A stretch of 64,000 nucleotides of DNA from Patescibacteria group bacterium (lineage in GTDB: Bacteria; Patescibacteriota; UBA1384; XYA2-FULL-43-10; 1-14-0-10-43-13): contig JBAZBD010000001.1 in NCBI GenBank assembly GCA_041671645.1, positions 85,561 to 149,560 on the forward strand. The letters are read 5' to 3'. Below the pieces are notes generated by a model. The model searched no databases. It was not told the DNA's origin and was given only the letters and a program-made list of their open reading frames with translations. Position numbers and translations under genes: made by a program. Numbering within the stretch: position 1 is the stretch's first letter; every line of letters begins with the position of its first letter. This document shows, in pieces, positions 36,070 through 44,570 of this stretch.

Positions 36070-36180
36070 GAAAATGAGCAGAAATAGCTCATTTTTTTGT
36101 TGGGAAAAATCCAAATATTGAACTCGCAGTAATAAGTTAATTTACTTGGCAACGAGCGTAATTCGTGCTATGTTCTCTTT

Positions 36181-36543
36181 ATGTTACCGAAGAAAAACAG
36201 AATAGTGGCCAAGGATTTCAAGAAGCTCAAGCTTTTCAAGAAGGGCACAGTTTCTGGTAAGCTTTCGTTCAAATTAAAGGAAAGCGGCCAGGTTAATCCT
36301 TCGAAATTTGGCTTTGTCGTCTCCAACAAGATTAGCAAAAGGGCGACGGACAGAAATGCTCTAAAGCGCAAACTCCGAGCGATGGCTTGGGATGTTCTGC
36401 CACAAATTGGCAACGGCAAAGAGATAATCGTCTTTGTAAAAAGTGCTTTCGCCAAGCCTTATAACTTTGCTGAAATCAAAAGTGAATTTGATCGCGGCTT
36501 GGCTAATATTGGTTTGATTTATGTTCAAAAAAATAATCGTTAG
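36181..36543 (+). CDS. rnpA: Ribonuclease P protein component
   Basis: 120-aa basic protein (KRATDRNALKRKLR) in the conserved rpmH-rnpA-yidD-yidC synteny. Confidence 0.8.
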   Translation: MLPKKNRIVAKDFKKLKLFKKGTVSGKLSFKLKESGQVNPSKFGFVVSNKISKRATDRNALKRKLRAMAWDVLPQIGNGKEIIVFVKSAFAKPYNFAEIKSEFDRGLANIGLIYVQKNNR

Positions 36544-36754
36544 AACAATTGAGTTGTATCAGCGGACACTGAGTCCTGATCACGGTTGGCGTAAAGGCCT
36601 TTATCCTGTAGGATATTGCAGGTATACTCCTTCTTGCTCTCAGTATTTCAAGGAGGCAGTGATCAAAAAGGGAGCGCTTCGTGGCTCCGTCCTCGGAATC
36701 TGGCGAATCATACGTTGCAATCCCTGGAGTAAGGGAGGACATGACCCCGTCTAA
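36521..36754 (+). CDS. yidD: Membrane protein insertion efficiency factor YidD
   Basis: YQRTLSPDHGWRKGLYPVGYCRYTPSCSQY with the conserved Cys motif. It overlaps the rnpA end. Confidence 0.85.
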   Translation: MFKKIIVRTIELYQRTLSPDHGWRKGLYPVGYCRYTPSCSQYFKEAVIKKGALRGSVLGIWRIIRCNPWSKGGHDPV

Positions 36755-36781
36755 AGACGAAAGTAGTAAGTTTTTAGTTTC

Positions 36782-36829
36782 TAGTTCTTAATTTTTATTC
36801 AATTATTAATTAATAATTATAAATTGATT
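36782..36829. repeat. AT-rich inverted repeat, right copy
   Basis: tagttcttaatttttattcaattattaattaataa. See the partner at 35821-35868. Confidence 0.8.
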
Positions 36830-36862
36830 AGAAATTAGAAACTAATAAATAGAAATTATTTT

Positions 36863-37747
36863 ATGAAACAATTCTTTTTCGTTCTTCTCTATCAACCGCT
36901 CTACAATTTACTTATCTTCTTGGCTTGGTTGGTGCCGGGACACTCTATCGGTTGGTCAATTATCGTCTTGACCATCCTGATCCGGCTTGCCCTTCTCCCC
37001 TCCTCGCTCAAAGCGGCTCATTTTCAGGCCAAAAACAACAAGCTTCAGCCTCATGTCAACAAAATTCGCAAGGAGATTACCGACAAACAGGAGCAGACCA
37101 AAGCGATCATGGAGCTTTACAAAACTGAGGGTCATTCCCCTCTCGGCTCCTGCCTACAATCGCTGATCCAACTGCCGGTCTTGATCGTGCTCTACAATGT
37201 ATTTCGTAGCGGGTTGAACGAAACAGGATTCAAAGACCTATACTCTTTCACCCCTCATCCTGACACGGTTAACACTATGTTCTTCGGTATGAATATAGTT
37301 CACCCAGATCTTTGGGCGCTACCAATTATCGCTGCTGTGCTCCAATTTGGTTTGTCATACCTCATGATGCCAAAGAAAATCGAAGGCGCACCAGATGATC
37401 CAGCCGCCGCTATGAGCAAACAGATGCTTTTCTTGGGCCCGATTATCACCCTATTCTTCGGCCGAAGCATGCCAGCCGCCTTGGTAATTTACTGGATTGT
37501 AACGACTCTATTTAGTTTGGTTCTCCAATATTTCGTCAACAAGCAGATACATGCAACTCCGCTAGTTCGAGATGGCGGCAAGGCTTTGCCAGCTCCAAAA
37601 GTGGAAAAAGCAGAGAAGATAGAGCCCGTCAGAATCGAAAAGCCAAGCAAGAAAGAAATGCTTTATAATATCATGAACAAACGCCTCGACAAAAAAGAGA
37701 AGAAGTCGGGTGTCAATGTGACTGTGCGCACCAAGAAGAAATGGTAA
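36863..37747 (+). CDS. yidC: Membrane protein insertase YidC (short form)
   Basis: IVLTILIRLALLP and LQPHVNKIRKE followed by QLPVLIVLYNVF are conserved YidC/Oxa1 motifs. Five TM segments and a basic C-terminal tail. Confidence 0.85.
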   Translation: MKQFFFVLLYQPLYNLLIFLAWLVPGHSIGWSIIVLTILIRLALLPSSLKAAHFQAKNNKLQPHVNKIRKEITDKQEQTKAIMELYKTEGHSPLGSCLQSLIQLPVLIVLYNVFRSGLNETGFKDLYSFTPHPDTVNTMFFGMNIVHPDLWALPIIAAVLQFGLSYLMMPKKIEGAPDDPAAAMSKQMLFLGPIITLFFGRSMPAALVIYWIVTTLFSLVLQYFVNKQIHATPLVRDGGKALPAPKVEKAEKIEPVRIEKPSKKEMLYNIMNKRLDKKEKKSGVNVTVRTKKKW

Positions 37748-37811
37748 GGATAGTCCAAAGTCTATAAAGTTTGTAAAGTCCATAAAGTCCATAAAGTCGA
37801 AAGCAAAGAAT

Positions 37812-37901
37812 GGAAGGTTGGCAGAGTGGTTTATCGCGCTGGTCTCGAACACCAGTTGGGCAGCAATGTCCTCAGAGGTTCAAATCCTCTACCTTCCGCC
37901 A
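37812..37901 (+). tRNA. tRNA-Ser (anticodon CGA)
   Basis: GGAAGGT acceptor stem, anticodon loop CTCGAAC, long variable arm, TTCAAAT T-loop and encoded CCA. Confidence 0.85.
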
Positions 37902-37920
37902 AACTTAATTAGAGATATAT

Positions 37921-38667
37921 ATGAAACATAGATCTCGTATATTACAGAAAGAACAAAAAACCCTCGAGGGTTTTTTTGGTAAGAAATTTGTCGATATTCC
38001 TGATTTGCCGTCCTGGGTGACGGACGAATTGATCGAGCACTGGGAGGAGAATCTATTCTTCGTCCACTATTTGCCGGATATCTCGCTCGAGCATCATCTC
38101 GAGTTGCCCGCTTGGAAAGACAGGCCAGCCAAAATCTTTTACCAAAAGATCAAAGAGGGCAAACTACATCCGAAGGCCAAGAGTTTGCCTGGCAAGTGGA
38201 TATTGCTCGATGGCCGCGACAAGCCCGAGCAGAAAGTTTTTTGGATCTCGGCGTTGGACGCCAAAGTAATTAAAAAGTTTGTGGCTGATCCCAGGGACCA
38301 TATCCGCAAATGGAGCAGCCAGAAGCACGGAAAAGAGTATTTGAAGGATGAGCTGGGGAAGCGGGGCTTTGGCTCTCGTTATTGTCTGACACCCTCTGAC
38401 ATTCATGAACTCAAGCCGTTTATTCTAAAGTTTCTTAAAATTGATCCGAAGCAAAAAATTCGCTTGCCATATTTCATCGAGTTCAATTACCTTGGCAACG
38501 CGGCATATCCGCAGTGGCGGAAGACCAAAACATGGGAGTGGTTTGAGGACAAAATGACCGATAATTGTCATCTGGCCAGCGGGAGCAAGAGCGTCGGTAT
38601 TATCGGCTGGGATCCGACTGATCACTGGAGCACAATCCTAGGCTTCAGGGTGGTGATCGAGCTATGA
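37921..38667 (+). CDS. Hypothetical protein
   Basis: 248-aa ORF with no recognised motifs. Confidence 0.4.
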   Translation: MKHRSRILQKEQKTLEGFFGKKFVDIPDLPSWVTDELIEHWEENLFFVHYLPDISLEHHLELPAWKDRPAKIFYQKIKEGKLHPKAKSLPGKWILLDGRDKPEQKVFWISALDAKVIKKFVADPRDHIRKWSSQKHGKEYLKDELGKRGFGSRYCLTPSDIHELKPFILKFLKIDPKQKIRLPYFIEFNYLGNAAYPQWRKTKTWEWFEDKMTDNCHLASGSKSVGIIGWDPTDHWSTILGFRVVIEL

Positions 38668-39497
38668 ACGAGAAAACTACCAAATCTCTTCCGGTCTGGT
38701 TTTTCACCAATGAGAAACTTGGCCAATTTTTTGCAAAAAATGAACACAATCAACCGATCGAAAGAGTTTACGCAATTGGTGGAGCTGGCGATTTCGCCTT
38801 CTCGCTTCTGGCACAAGACGTACGAAACAAGATTAAAGAAATTGATCTTTGTGATATTAGACCGATGGCAAATGTGACAATTGATCTCAAAATCGCGCTA
38901 TTTAAGAATTATGATTTATCACAAATTAAAAGTTTGTTTTGGGGTCGAAGCGAAGATACGCTCGGCTCTATTTACGCTAAATTGAAGTCAACGCTTCCGC
39001 CTGCGGTGCTAAGTGCGGTCAAAAAAAGCGGGGCGGGGAAGTTTTCCGAAAGTTTGAAAAAATCAGGTTTGTGGTACAGGGAAAGTTGGCGAAAAGCCAA
39101 GGATGTTGAGGGCTATCTCCCCTATCTCTCCTCGGAATCGAACTATCGCCTGATGCAGAAAAATCTAGATAAAATTGTGATTCACGAGGGTGATTTTAAT
39201 GATAATCTTAAGTCTGCCGGCGATGGATATTACGACCTGATTTATTGCTCAAATATCTTGGATAGTGAGACGTACTGCAAATTTCCCGACCAGTATCTGC
39301 AAAATATCCAGGCAAAGCTAAAGGACGGCGGCATTTTATTTGTCCTTACTCAAAATAATCCGAAAAAGATGATCAAACTGATTGAAAAGCAGGGCATTCA
39401 TTCACTAAGATCGGAACTGCACAAATTCTCCCCTCTATCTCTCTTGTCCAATCATTATTCGTACTCAATTCTACTTTTTCAAAAAGCGGAAAGGTGA
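38664..39497 (+). CDS. Hypothetical protein, possibly class I SAM-methyltransferase fold
   Basis: Weak motif-I-like VYAIGGAGDFAFSLL, DLIYCSNIL and GGILFVLT. Start overlaps the upstream gene's stop. Confidence 0.35.
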   Translation: MNEKTTKSLPVWFFTNEKLGQFFAKNEHNQPIERVYAIGGAGDFAFSLLAQDVRNKIKEIDLCDIRPMANVTIDLKIALFKNYDLSQIKSLFWGRSEDTLGSIYAKLKSTLPPAVLSAVKKSGAGKFSESLKKSGLWYRESWRKAKDVEGYLPYLSSESNYRLMQKNLDKIVIHEGDFNDNLKSAGDGYYDLIYCSNILDSETYCKFPDQYLQNIQAKLKDGGILFVLTQNNPKKMIKLIEKQGIHSLRSELHKFSPLSLLSNHYSYSILLFQKAER

Positions 39498-39520
39498 GGT
39501 TGGAGATAAACCCCTTCTAG

Positions 39521-39541
39521 CTTCCCCTTGAAAAGGGGAAG
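39521..39541. terminator. GC-stem hairpin (cttcccctt-gaaa-aggggaag)
   Basis: 9-bp stem downstream of the 38664-39497 gene. It is paralogous to the hairpin at 31288. Confidence 0.5.
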
Positions 39542-39555
39542 AACTACTCTGTCCC

Positions 39556-41235
39556 TTGGACACTTCGTTGTTGTATAATGAATTTATGGTTGATATCAAC
39601 AACACAATTAGCTTTCTGACGCGGGAGCAGGAGGAGAGGCACACCAAAGAAACCGCTGCTAAGCTCAAGCTTCCCTATATGAATCTGGTCAATTACCCGA
39701 TCGTCAAGGAGGTTTTGGAAGTCATCCCAGAGGAGGATGCGATTGCTTACCAAGTCGCGCCATTTCTGAAGGTGGGGCATCAGATTAGGATAGGGATGGT
39801 TGACCCAACAAATGAGAAATCTAAGGCATATTTGAGCAAAATCGCTGAGGAAAAGAATGTTTCTTTTGCCGTCAGTTTGGTCTCCAAGACCAGCTTCATC
39901 TTTGGTGTCTATGCTTACGAACAGATCAAAACCAAAGCGATCGAAACAAAAGCAGAAGAAGAAAAACGAAAAGAAGATAATTCTTTCTACAATATCAAAG
40001 ACATCAAGGGCGCGGCCGAGGCGGCCAAGACGGCTACGATCACTCGGCTCCTTGAGACGATCCTCTTTGGTGCGATCAATCTGGGCGCTTCTGATGTTCA
40101 CTTGGAGCCGGCTGAAAACAAGTTTTTAGTCAGACTCCGAATAGATGGTGTGCTTCAGGATCTAGTAGACTTACCCTTACAAAAATATAAGCAGCTGCTC
40201 CAACGTATTAAGTATGTGGCCAAGCTCCGAATGGATATTACGGACAAACCGCAGGATGGACACTTCTCACTGGCTAGCCCGGACAACAAAAGTCTTGATT
40301 TTCGTGTTTCTACTATGCCATCAGCTTCAGGCGAAGCAGTCGTGCTCCGTCTCCTTAACATGGAGGGAGATTTCTTGAAGCTCGAAAATATGGGCTTTCG
40401 CCCGGATGCGCTGGTGGCGATTCGAGAGGCAATAGGCCGCCCACATGGCATGGTCATCACTTCTGGCCCGACAGGATCGGGCAAGACCACAACTCTCTAC
40501 GCACTTCTTTTGGAGATCAAAAAGCCAGGGGTCAAAATAATTACATTGGAAGACCCAGTAGAGTTCAAGATGGAAGGGATCGAACAGAGCCAGATCAAGC
40601 CTGGACAGGGCTACGAATTTGCCGATGGCCTCAGGGGCTCGATGAGACAGGATCCAAACGTCTTGATGGTAGGAGAGATTCGAGACTTGGAAACGGCGGA
40701 AATCGCCATCCAGGCCGCTCTGACGGGGCATTTGATGCTCTCTACCATCCATGCCAACTCTGCGCCAGCCGTCTATGCCCGCTTCCTCGAGATGGGGGTC
40801 AAGCCTTTTCTTCTGACTGGCTCACTCAACATTATTATGGCTCAGCGCTTGGTTCGTCGAATTTGCAAAGATTGCGCCACTCAATATGAAGCTTCCGACA
40901 AAGACTGGAAAGCGATCGTGGATATCTTGTCTCCTATCGTCGAACGACTGGATCCCGCAATTGCGGTCAAACTTGAAAACGGCCAGAGGACACTTTTCCA
41001 GGCCAAAGGTTGCTCAGTTTGTAGTAGTACTGGCTATGTTGGGCGAGTGGCAGTAGTCGAATATATTGTGCCAAATGATACAATCGAAGGCCTTGTAACA
41101 TCAGGAGCTTCTATATCAATGTTCGACAAAGAAGCCCGCAAGGAGGGTATGATTACGATGGAGCAGGACGGCCTGATCAAAGCTCTTGCTGGTATTACAA
41201 CGCTAGATGAAGTCTGGCGCGTCACGCGCAGTTAA
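39556..41235 (+). CDS. pilB: Type II secretion/type IV pilus assembly ATPase (GspE/PilB family)
   Basis: N-terminal GspE_N-like domain, Walker A GPTGSGKTTTLYALL, Asp/His boxes (MVGEIRDLETAEIAIQAALTGHLMLSTIHAN) and a tetracysteine motif (CKDC...CSVC). Confidence 0.85.
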   Translation: MDTSLLYNEFMVDINNTISFLTREQEERHTKETAAKLKLPYMNLVNYPIVKEVLEVIPEEDAIAYQVAPFLKVGHQIRIGMVDPTNEKSKAYLSKIAEEKNVSFAVSLVSKTSFIFGVYAYEQIKTKAIETKAEEEKRKEDNSFYNIKDIKGAAEAAKTATITRLLETILFGAINLGASDVHLEPAENKFLVRLRIDGVLQDLVDLPLQKYKQLLQRIKYVAKLRMDITDKPQDGHFSLASPDNKSLDFRVSTMPSASGEAVVLRLLNMEGDFLKLENMGFRPDALVAIREAIGRPHGMVITSGPTGSGKTTTLYALLLEIKKPGVKIITLEDPVEFKMEGIEQSQIKPGQGYEFADGLRGSMRQDPNVLMVGEIRDLETAEIAIQAALTGHLMLSTIHANSAPAVYARFLEMGVKPFLLTGSLNIIMAQRLVRRICKDCATQYEASDKDWKAIVDILSPIVERLDPAIAVKLENGQRTLFQAKGCSVCSSTGYVGRVAVVEYIVPNDTIEGLVTSGASISMFDKEARKEGMITMEQDGLIKALAGITTLDEVWRVTRS

Positions 41236-41258
41236 CTCTAAACAATTATCATCAATCG

Positions 41259-41290
41259 AAAAAACCGTCTCAGTTATAAGACGGTTTTTG
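41259..41290. terminator. Bidirectional terminator hairpin
   Basis: aaaaaaccgtct-cagttata-agacggttttt lies between convergent pilB and the pilin-like operon. Confidence 0.75.
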
Positions 41291-41332
41291 TATACACGCA
41301 TCCCAGAAACCTGTGTCGAACTCAATGAGGTA

Positions 41333-41653
41333 TTAACTTATCAGATTAACGACTGCAATTATCATAACATAAGATAATGCAATGATGATCAAGCCAATAA
41401 CAGCGTTCAGTATACCCTGCATGCCTTTCTTGGCTGACTCTGCATTTCCGCCAGCGGTCAAGTAAAGAAAGCCGCCGATGATCAGAAAGACGAATGCGAT
41501 AATAGCACCTATTCCTGCTGACCAATTAAGAATATTCACTGCTATCGATTGGAACCCAGTATCACCCGCAACCGGTTGAACGAATTTTAGAACAGGAAAA
41601 GTGTTCGCTGGTGCTGTTGGATCCGCTGCTAAAACTTTCTCGATTAGATTCAT
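41333..41653 (-). CDS. Pilin-like two-TM hairpin protein, paralogue 1 (VirB2/TrbC-like candidate)
   Basis: Roughly 45-aa hydrophilic N-terminus, then TM1 (GIGAIIAFVFLIIGGFLYLTAGG), loop NAESAKKGMQG and TM2. It shares the motif F/Y-x-T-A-x-G-(N/D)...AKK...G-L with four neighbouring genes. Confidence 0.5.
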   Translation of the reverse strand: MNLIEKVLAADPTAPANTFPVLKFVQPVAGDTGFQSIAVNILNWSAGIGAIIAFVFLIIGGFLYLTAGGNAESAKKGMQGILNAVIGLIIIALSYVMIIAVVNLIS

Positions 41654-41717
41654 AAATCCTCCGTTAATTATTTTGTTTATTATATTTTAAAACTTTTGGG
41701 ACAACCTAGTCAATAGC

Positions 41718-42047
41718 CTATTTGCTCAGCAACCACAGAAGGGTAGTAAGAGTTATCCATGAAAGCGAAATCACAACCAGGCCAACTACAGAGTTGATGA
41801 TGCCCTTCACTGCCTTCTTGGCTGATTCTGCGTTTCCGGCGGCGGTCATGTATTGAAAGCCAGAGACAATGAATACCACGAATGCGATAAAAGCTGCTAC
41901 TTCGCAGGTTATAGTGAAGACCGTGTTTATTTGGGTCGTAATGATGCTCAAATAGCTACCCCCCACTTCCGCGTCAGACCTGACAGGGTTGTCCAGCTTT
42001 AGCGGGTTAAGATCGATAGCCAATACCTTTTCGATAATCGTATTCAT
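41718..42047 (-). CDS. Pilin-like two-TM hairpin protein, paralogue 2
   Basis: The QYMTAAGNAESAKKAVKGIINSVVGLVVISL motif is shared with the neighbours. Confidence 0.5.
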   Translation of the reverse strand: MNTIIEKVLAIDLNPLKLDNPVRSDAEVGGSYLSIITTQINTVFTITCEVAAFIAFVVFIVSGFQYMTAAGNAESAKKAVKGIINSVVGLVVISLSWITLTTLLWLLSK

Positions 42048-42049
42048 AG

Positions 42050-42388
42050 CTAAAACACTTTCTGCGCCAAGATTCGGATCAGACTAGCCAAGCCAACTAT
42101 CGCCAACCCTCCTATCGACCAGAGCAGGGTTTTCTTGGCCGTTTCGGCCTTGGCATCTTCTCCAAAGGACGTGACATATAGGAAACAGCCCCAAAGGAAC
42201 ATGGCGAACGCGACGATACCAGCAAAGGATATTGCCATCACTACGAACGAATTGGCTGCGCTATTGATAGTGTTGAGGTCTTTGTTTGTGTCAATCCCAT
42301 TGAAATCACAAAGGAAATCACTGAGGGTGGAAACACCATCTCCCTTTATTTCTGCACATTTTGTAGCGTCTATGATGGGGCTGGCCAT
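42050..42388 (-). CDS. Pilin-like two-TM hairpin protein, paralogue 3
   Basis: FLYVTSFGEDAKAETAKKTLLWSIGGLAIVGL. It is translationally coupled, starting 2 nt after the upstream stop. Confidence 0.5.
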   Translation of the reverse strand: MASPIIDATKCAEIKGDGVSTLSDFLCDFNGIDTNKDLNTINSAANSFVVMAISFAGIVAFAMFLWGCFLYVTSFGEDAKAETAKKTLLWSIGGLAIVGLASLIRILAQKVF

Positions 42389-44229
42389 TATTTAAATCTC
42401 TTTATTATATTTACTACAAACAATATTATCGTATACGACAGGGTTCCTGCAACAAGGCCAACAATTAGGTAGATCGCAGATTTCTTGGCTTGCTCTACCT
42501 TCTTGTCGTCCCCAGCGGCGGTCAAGAAGAGGAAGCCGGTAAAGAGGATACCGATCAGGGCGCCGGCGCCAATCAGTATCATCAGTATTCCTGGGTGGGT
42601 AGCGTCTTTGCCAAAGAGGCTGTTGTAAAGGTCGCCGATTTTGTGAATAGTGCCACCGACGAGTTTGCTGGAGTTGAGCACGATTTTCTTGCTGGTCCCG
42701 CCAGTAGTACCTCCAGTAGTACCTCCAGTTTCCTGCTTAACTGGCTGCTTGATCAAAGATTTTCCTGGTAGGCAATCATCTGGGCTTAAGTATACCCAAC
42801 CGACAGAGCGATCTGCGCTCCATGTTTCGCCGATTGTGGAACTGTTTGCTGTAACGGTTACTACCCCGTAGTGGGCTCCGTTGTTGGGATCAGCCTCGGC
42901 CTGGCTTATTCCTGTCTTTCGCTTGAGGAGTTTGACAGTAGCTTCGTGGTAATAAGGCTCAGAAGTGTTGGAAAAAGTGTGAGTGAACTCGGGATTGAAG
43001 GTGTAGGAGTTGTAATTATCAAGTGTTTGGAAATCGCAGATCCAGTTTTGGCCTTCCCCTGAGCATGCCGCTCCTGAGTCGTCGAGATGGCTCCTCAAAG
43101 TGGGATTGTCTCCAGGAGTGATGGAGTAGCCCTTGTAGCTGATGTACATCTTGACAATATATTCTGAAGGATCCTTCGGTTTTTCTGGTAGAGTGACGTT
43201 GACGTTGACGGTAAGATCCCTGTTGGTGGCACGAATCATACAGGCGTTGTAGACTTCTCTTCCGTTGAACCTGACGTCCAGTCTCGGCTGGCTTATGTTC
43301 GGAGCGTACTCTTCCCCCGCGTTTGTGAGAGTGTAATAGGCTGGCGGAGAGTCCCATCTAGTACCATTGCCATCTAGGAAATAACCCTTAATGGCGTATG
43401 CCCCCGTTGCCAATCCGCTGAGATCTGACCAGCTAGCGGTGCATGATCCCCTGATGGTGTCGCTGGTTGTGTCATCAACATTACGATTGGTATAGAGCCA
43501 GGAAAATTCTGAGTCATCGGCGTTGCCATCTGTTCCTGGCTCGTCTGATCTCATAATTACGCAATCTGTCAGAACGGGAACGATTGAAGTCGATGTGAGG
43601 GACAAGGGCATGTCGATATTTACTGATGATGTTGTTGCTATGTCGATTGTCTGGTTCGACGGTAGATAGGCAGAACCGAGCGCATCTTGCGAAATCGGAT
43701 CTTCTGGTGGAAAATCTGGGGTGTCGGCGACACAATAGTAGGTGTCATCGGGATAATTATCGCAATAATTAGCGTCATAGGGGTTTATTACTGTTACCCA
43801 GTTCGAATCTCGTGATACTGGTACAGGATTACCCTCCTGGTATAACTCGGCTGTAAACTGGTATTGGTTGTCGGGGGTAAATTCGTCTGTGGTCCATGAT
43901 CCAGAGCAATATTGGTTGCTGTCTGTGACATCCACGTATATCGACCACTCATCGGTGACGTCTAGACCAAACTGTGTCCCGTTTTCAACATAGATGTAGC
44001 ACTCGTAATTTGGATCAGATAGCTCACCATCGGGTAAATTAAAATCCGTCCAAAAATCCACAGTTTCTCCAGCGTATATCTCCTGCGGGTCGCCGTAGAC
44101 TAATATCGTCGGTTGATCCTCTGCTCTCGCTGGAGTCACGAAATAAGCTGATCCTAGGAATAGGAGACAGGTGATGAAAACAATTCTAATAATTTTTCGA
44201 GAAATTTTCATCAAGATTTGGCTGGACAA
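42388..44229 (-). CDS. Secreted 613-aa protein with large N-terminal extracellular domain fused to a C-terminal pilin-like two-TM domain
   Basis: Signal peptide (ITCLLFLGSAYFVTPARAED), a roughly 500-aa Cys/Asp/Asn-rich ectodomain and a GGTTGGTTGGTS linker. The C-terminus GILMILIGAGALIGILFTGFLFLTAAGDDKKVEQAKKSAIYLIVGLVAGTLSY matches the neighbouring small proteins. Confidence 0.6.
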   Translation of the reverse strand: MSSQILMKISRKIIRIVFITCLLFLGSAYFVTPARAEDQPTILVYGDPQEIYAGETVDFWTDFNLPDGELSDPNYECYIYVENGTQFGLDVTDEWSIYVDVTDSNQYCSGSWTTDEFTPDNQYQFTAELYQEGNPVPVSRDSNWVTVINPYDANYCDNYPDDTYYCVADTPDFPPEDPISQDALGSAYLPSNQTIDIATTSSVNIDMPLSLTSTSIVPVLTDCVIMRSDEPGTDGNADDSEFSWLYTNRNVDDTTSDTIRGSCTASWSDLSGLATGAYAIKGYFLDGNGTRWDSPPAYYTLTNAGEEYAPNISQPRLDVRFNGREVYNACMIRATNRDLTVNVNVTLPEKPKDPSEYIVKMYISYKGYSITPGDNPTLRSHLDDSGAACSGEGQNWICDFQTLDNYNSYTFNPEFTHTFSNTSEPYYHEATVKLLKRKTGISQAEADPNNGAHYGVVTVTANSSTIGETWSADRSVGWVYLSPDDCLPGKSLIKQPVKQETGGTTGGTTGGTSKKIVLNSSKLVGGTIHKIGDLYNSLFGKDATHPGILMILIGAGALIGILFTGFLFLTAAGDDKKVEQAKKSAIYLIVGLVAGTLSYTIILFVVNIIKRFK

Positions 44230-44240
44230 GCTATTATTTT

Positions 44241-44570
44241 TTACGAAATATTGAATGTGGGCATGCCTAGGAAATCGAGGATCATGCCAAGGGTCAAAAG
44301 CAGGACGTATCCAAGGAGCGTGCCCATGAAGACGTCTTTGGCGGTGTTGATCTTGGTATTATCTCCCTGGGAGGTCATATATACGAAGCCGGCGTAGATA
44401 ATCATGAGGACCGTGAGAGTGCCACCGAGCTTGAGGGCAAATTGATAAATAGCATGGACGTATTCGCCATAGTCAAAATTATCCTTCCCATCTATCTTGA
44501 GACCGACTTGCACTCCGGCTTGGGCAGCATTCACCAAATGAAAACCAATTTTTTCTATCACATTTACCAT
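44241..44570 (-). CDS. Pilin-like two-TM hairpin protein, paralogue 4
   Basis: VYMTSQGDNTKINTAKDVFMGTLLGYVLLLTLG. It overlaps the upstream lipoprotein gene end by a few nt. Confidence 0.5.
   Translation of the reverse strand: MVNVIEKIGFHLVNAAQAGVQVGLKIDGKDNFDYGEYVHAIYQFALKLGGTLTVLMIIYAGFVYMTSQGDNTKINTAKDVFMGTLLGYVLLLTLGMILDFLGMPTFNIS

Noticed and set aside
39556-41235. GspE/PilB ATPase as a VirB11 component of the T4SS
   Set aside because: It carries the N-terminal GspE_N-type domain and is about 560 aa with a tetracysteine motif, which are PilB/GspE features. VirB11 is about 330 aa without these. The gene is also 8 kb from the VirB4 locus.
41333-44570. Pilin-like paralogues as type IV (PilA/ComGC-type) pilins
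   Set aside because: There is no short leader ending in Gly followed by an F/M-T-L-I-E hydrophobic N-terminus. The hydrophobic segments are instead central and C-terminal, fitting a VirB2/TrbC-type hairpin.
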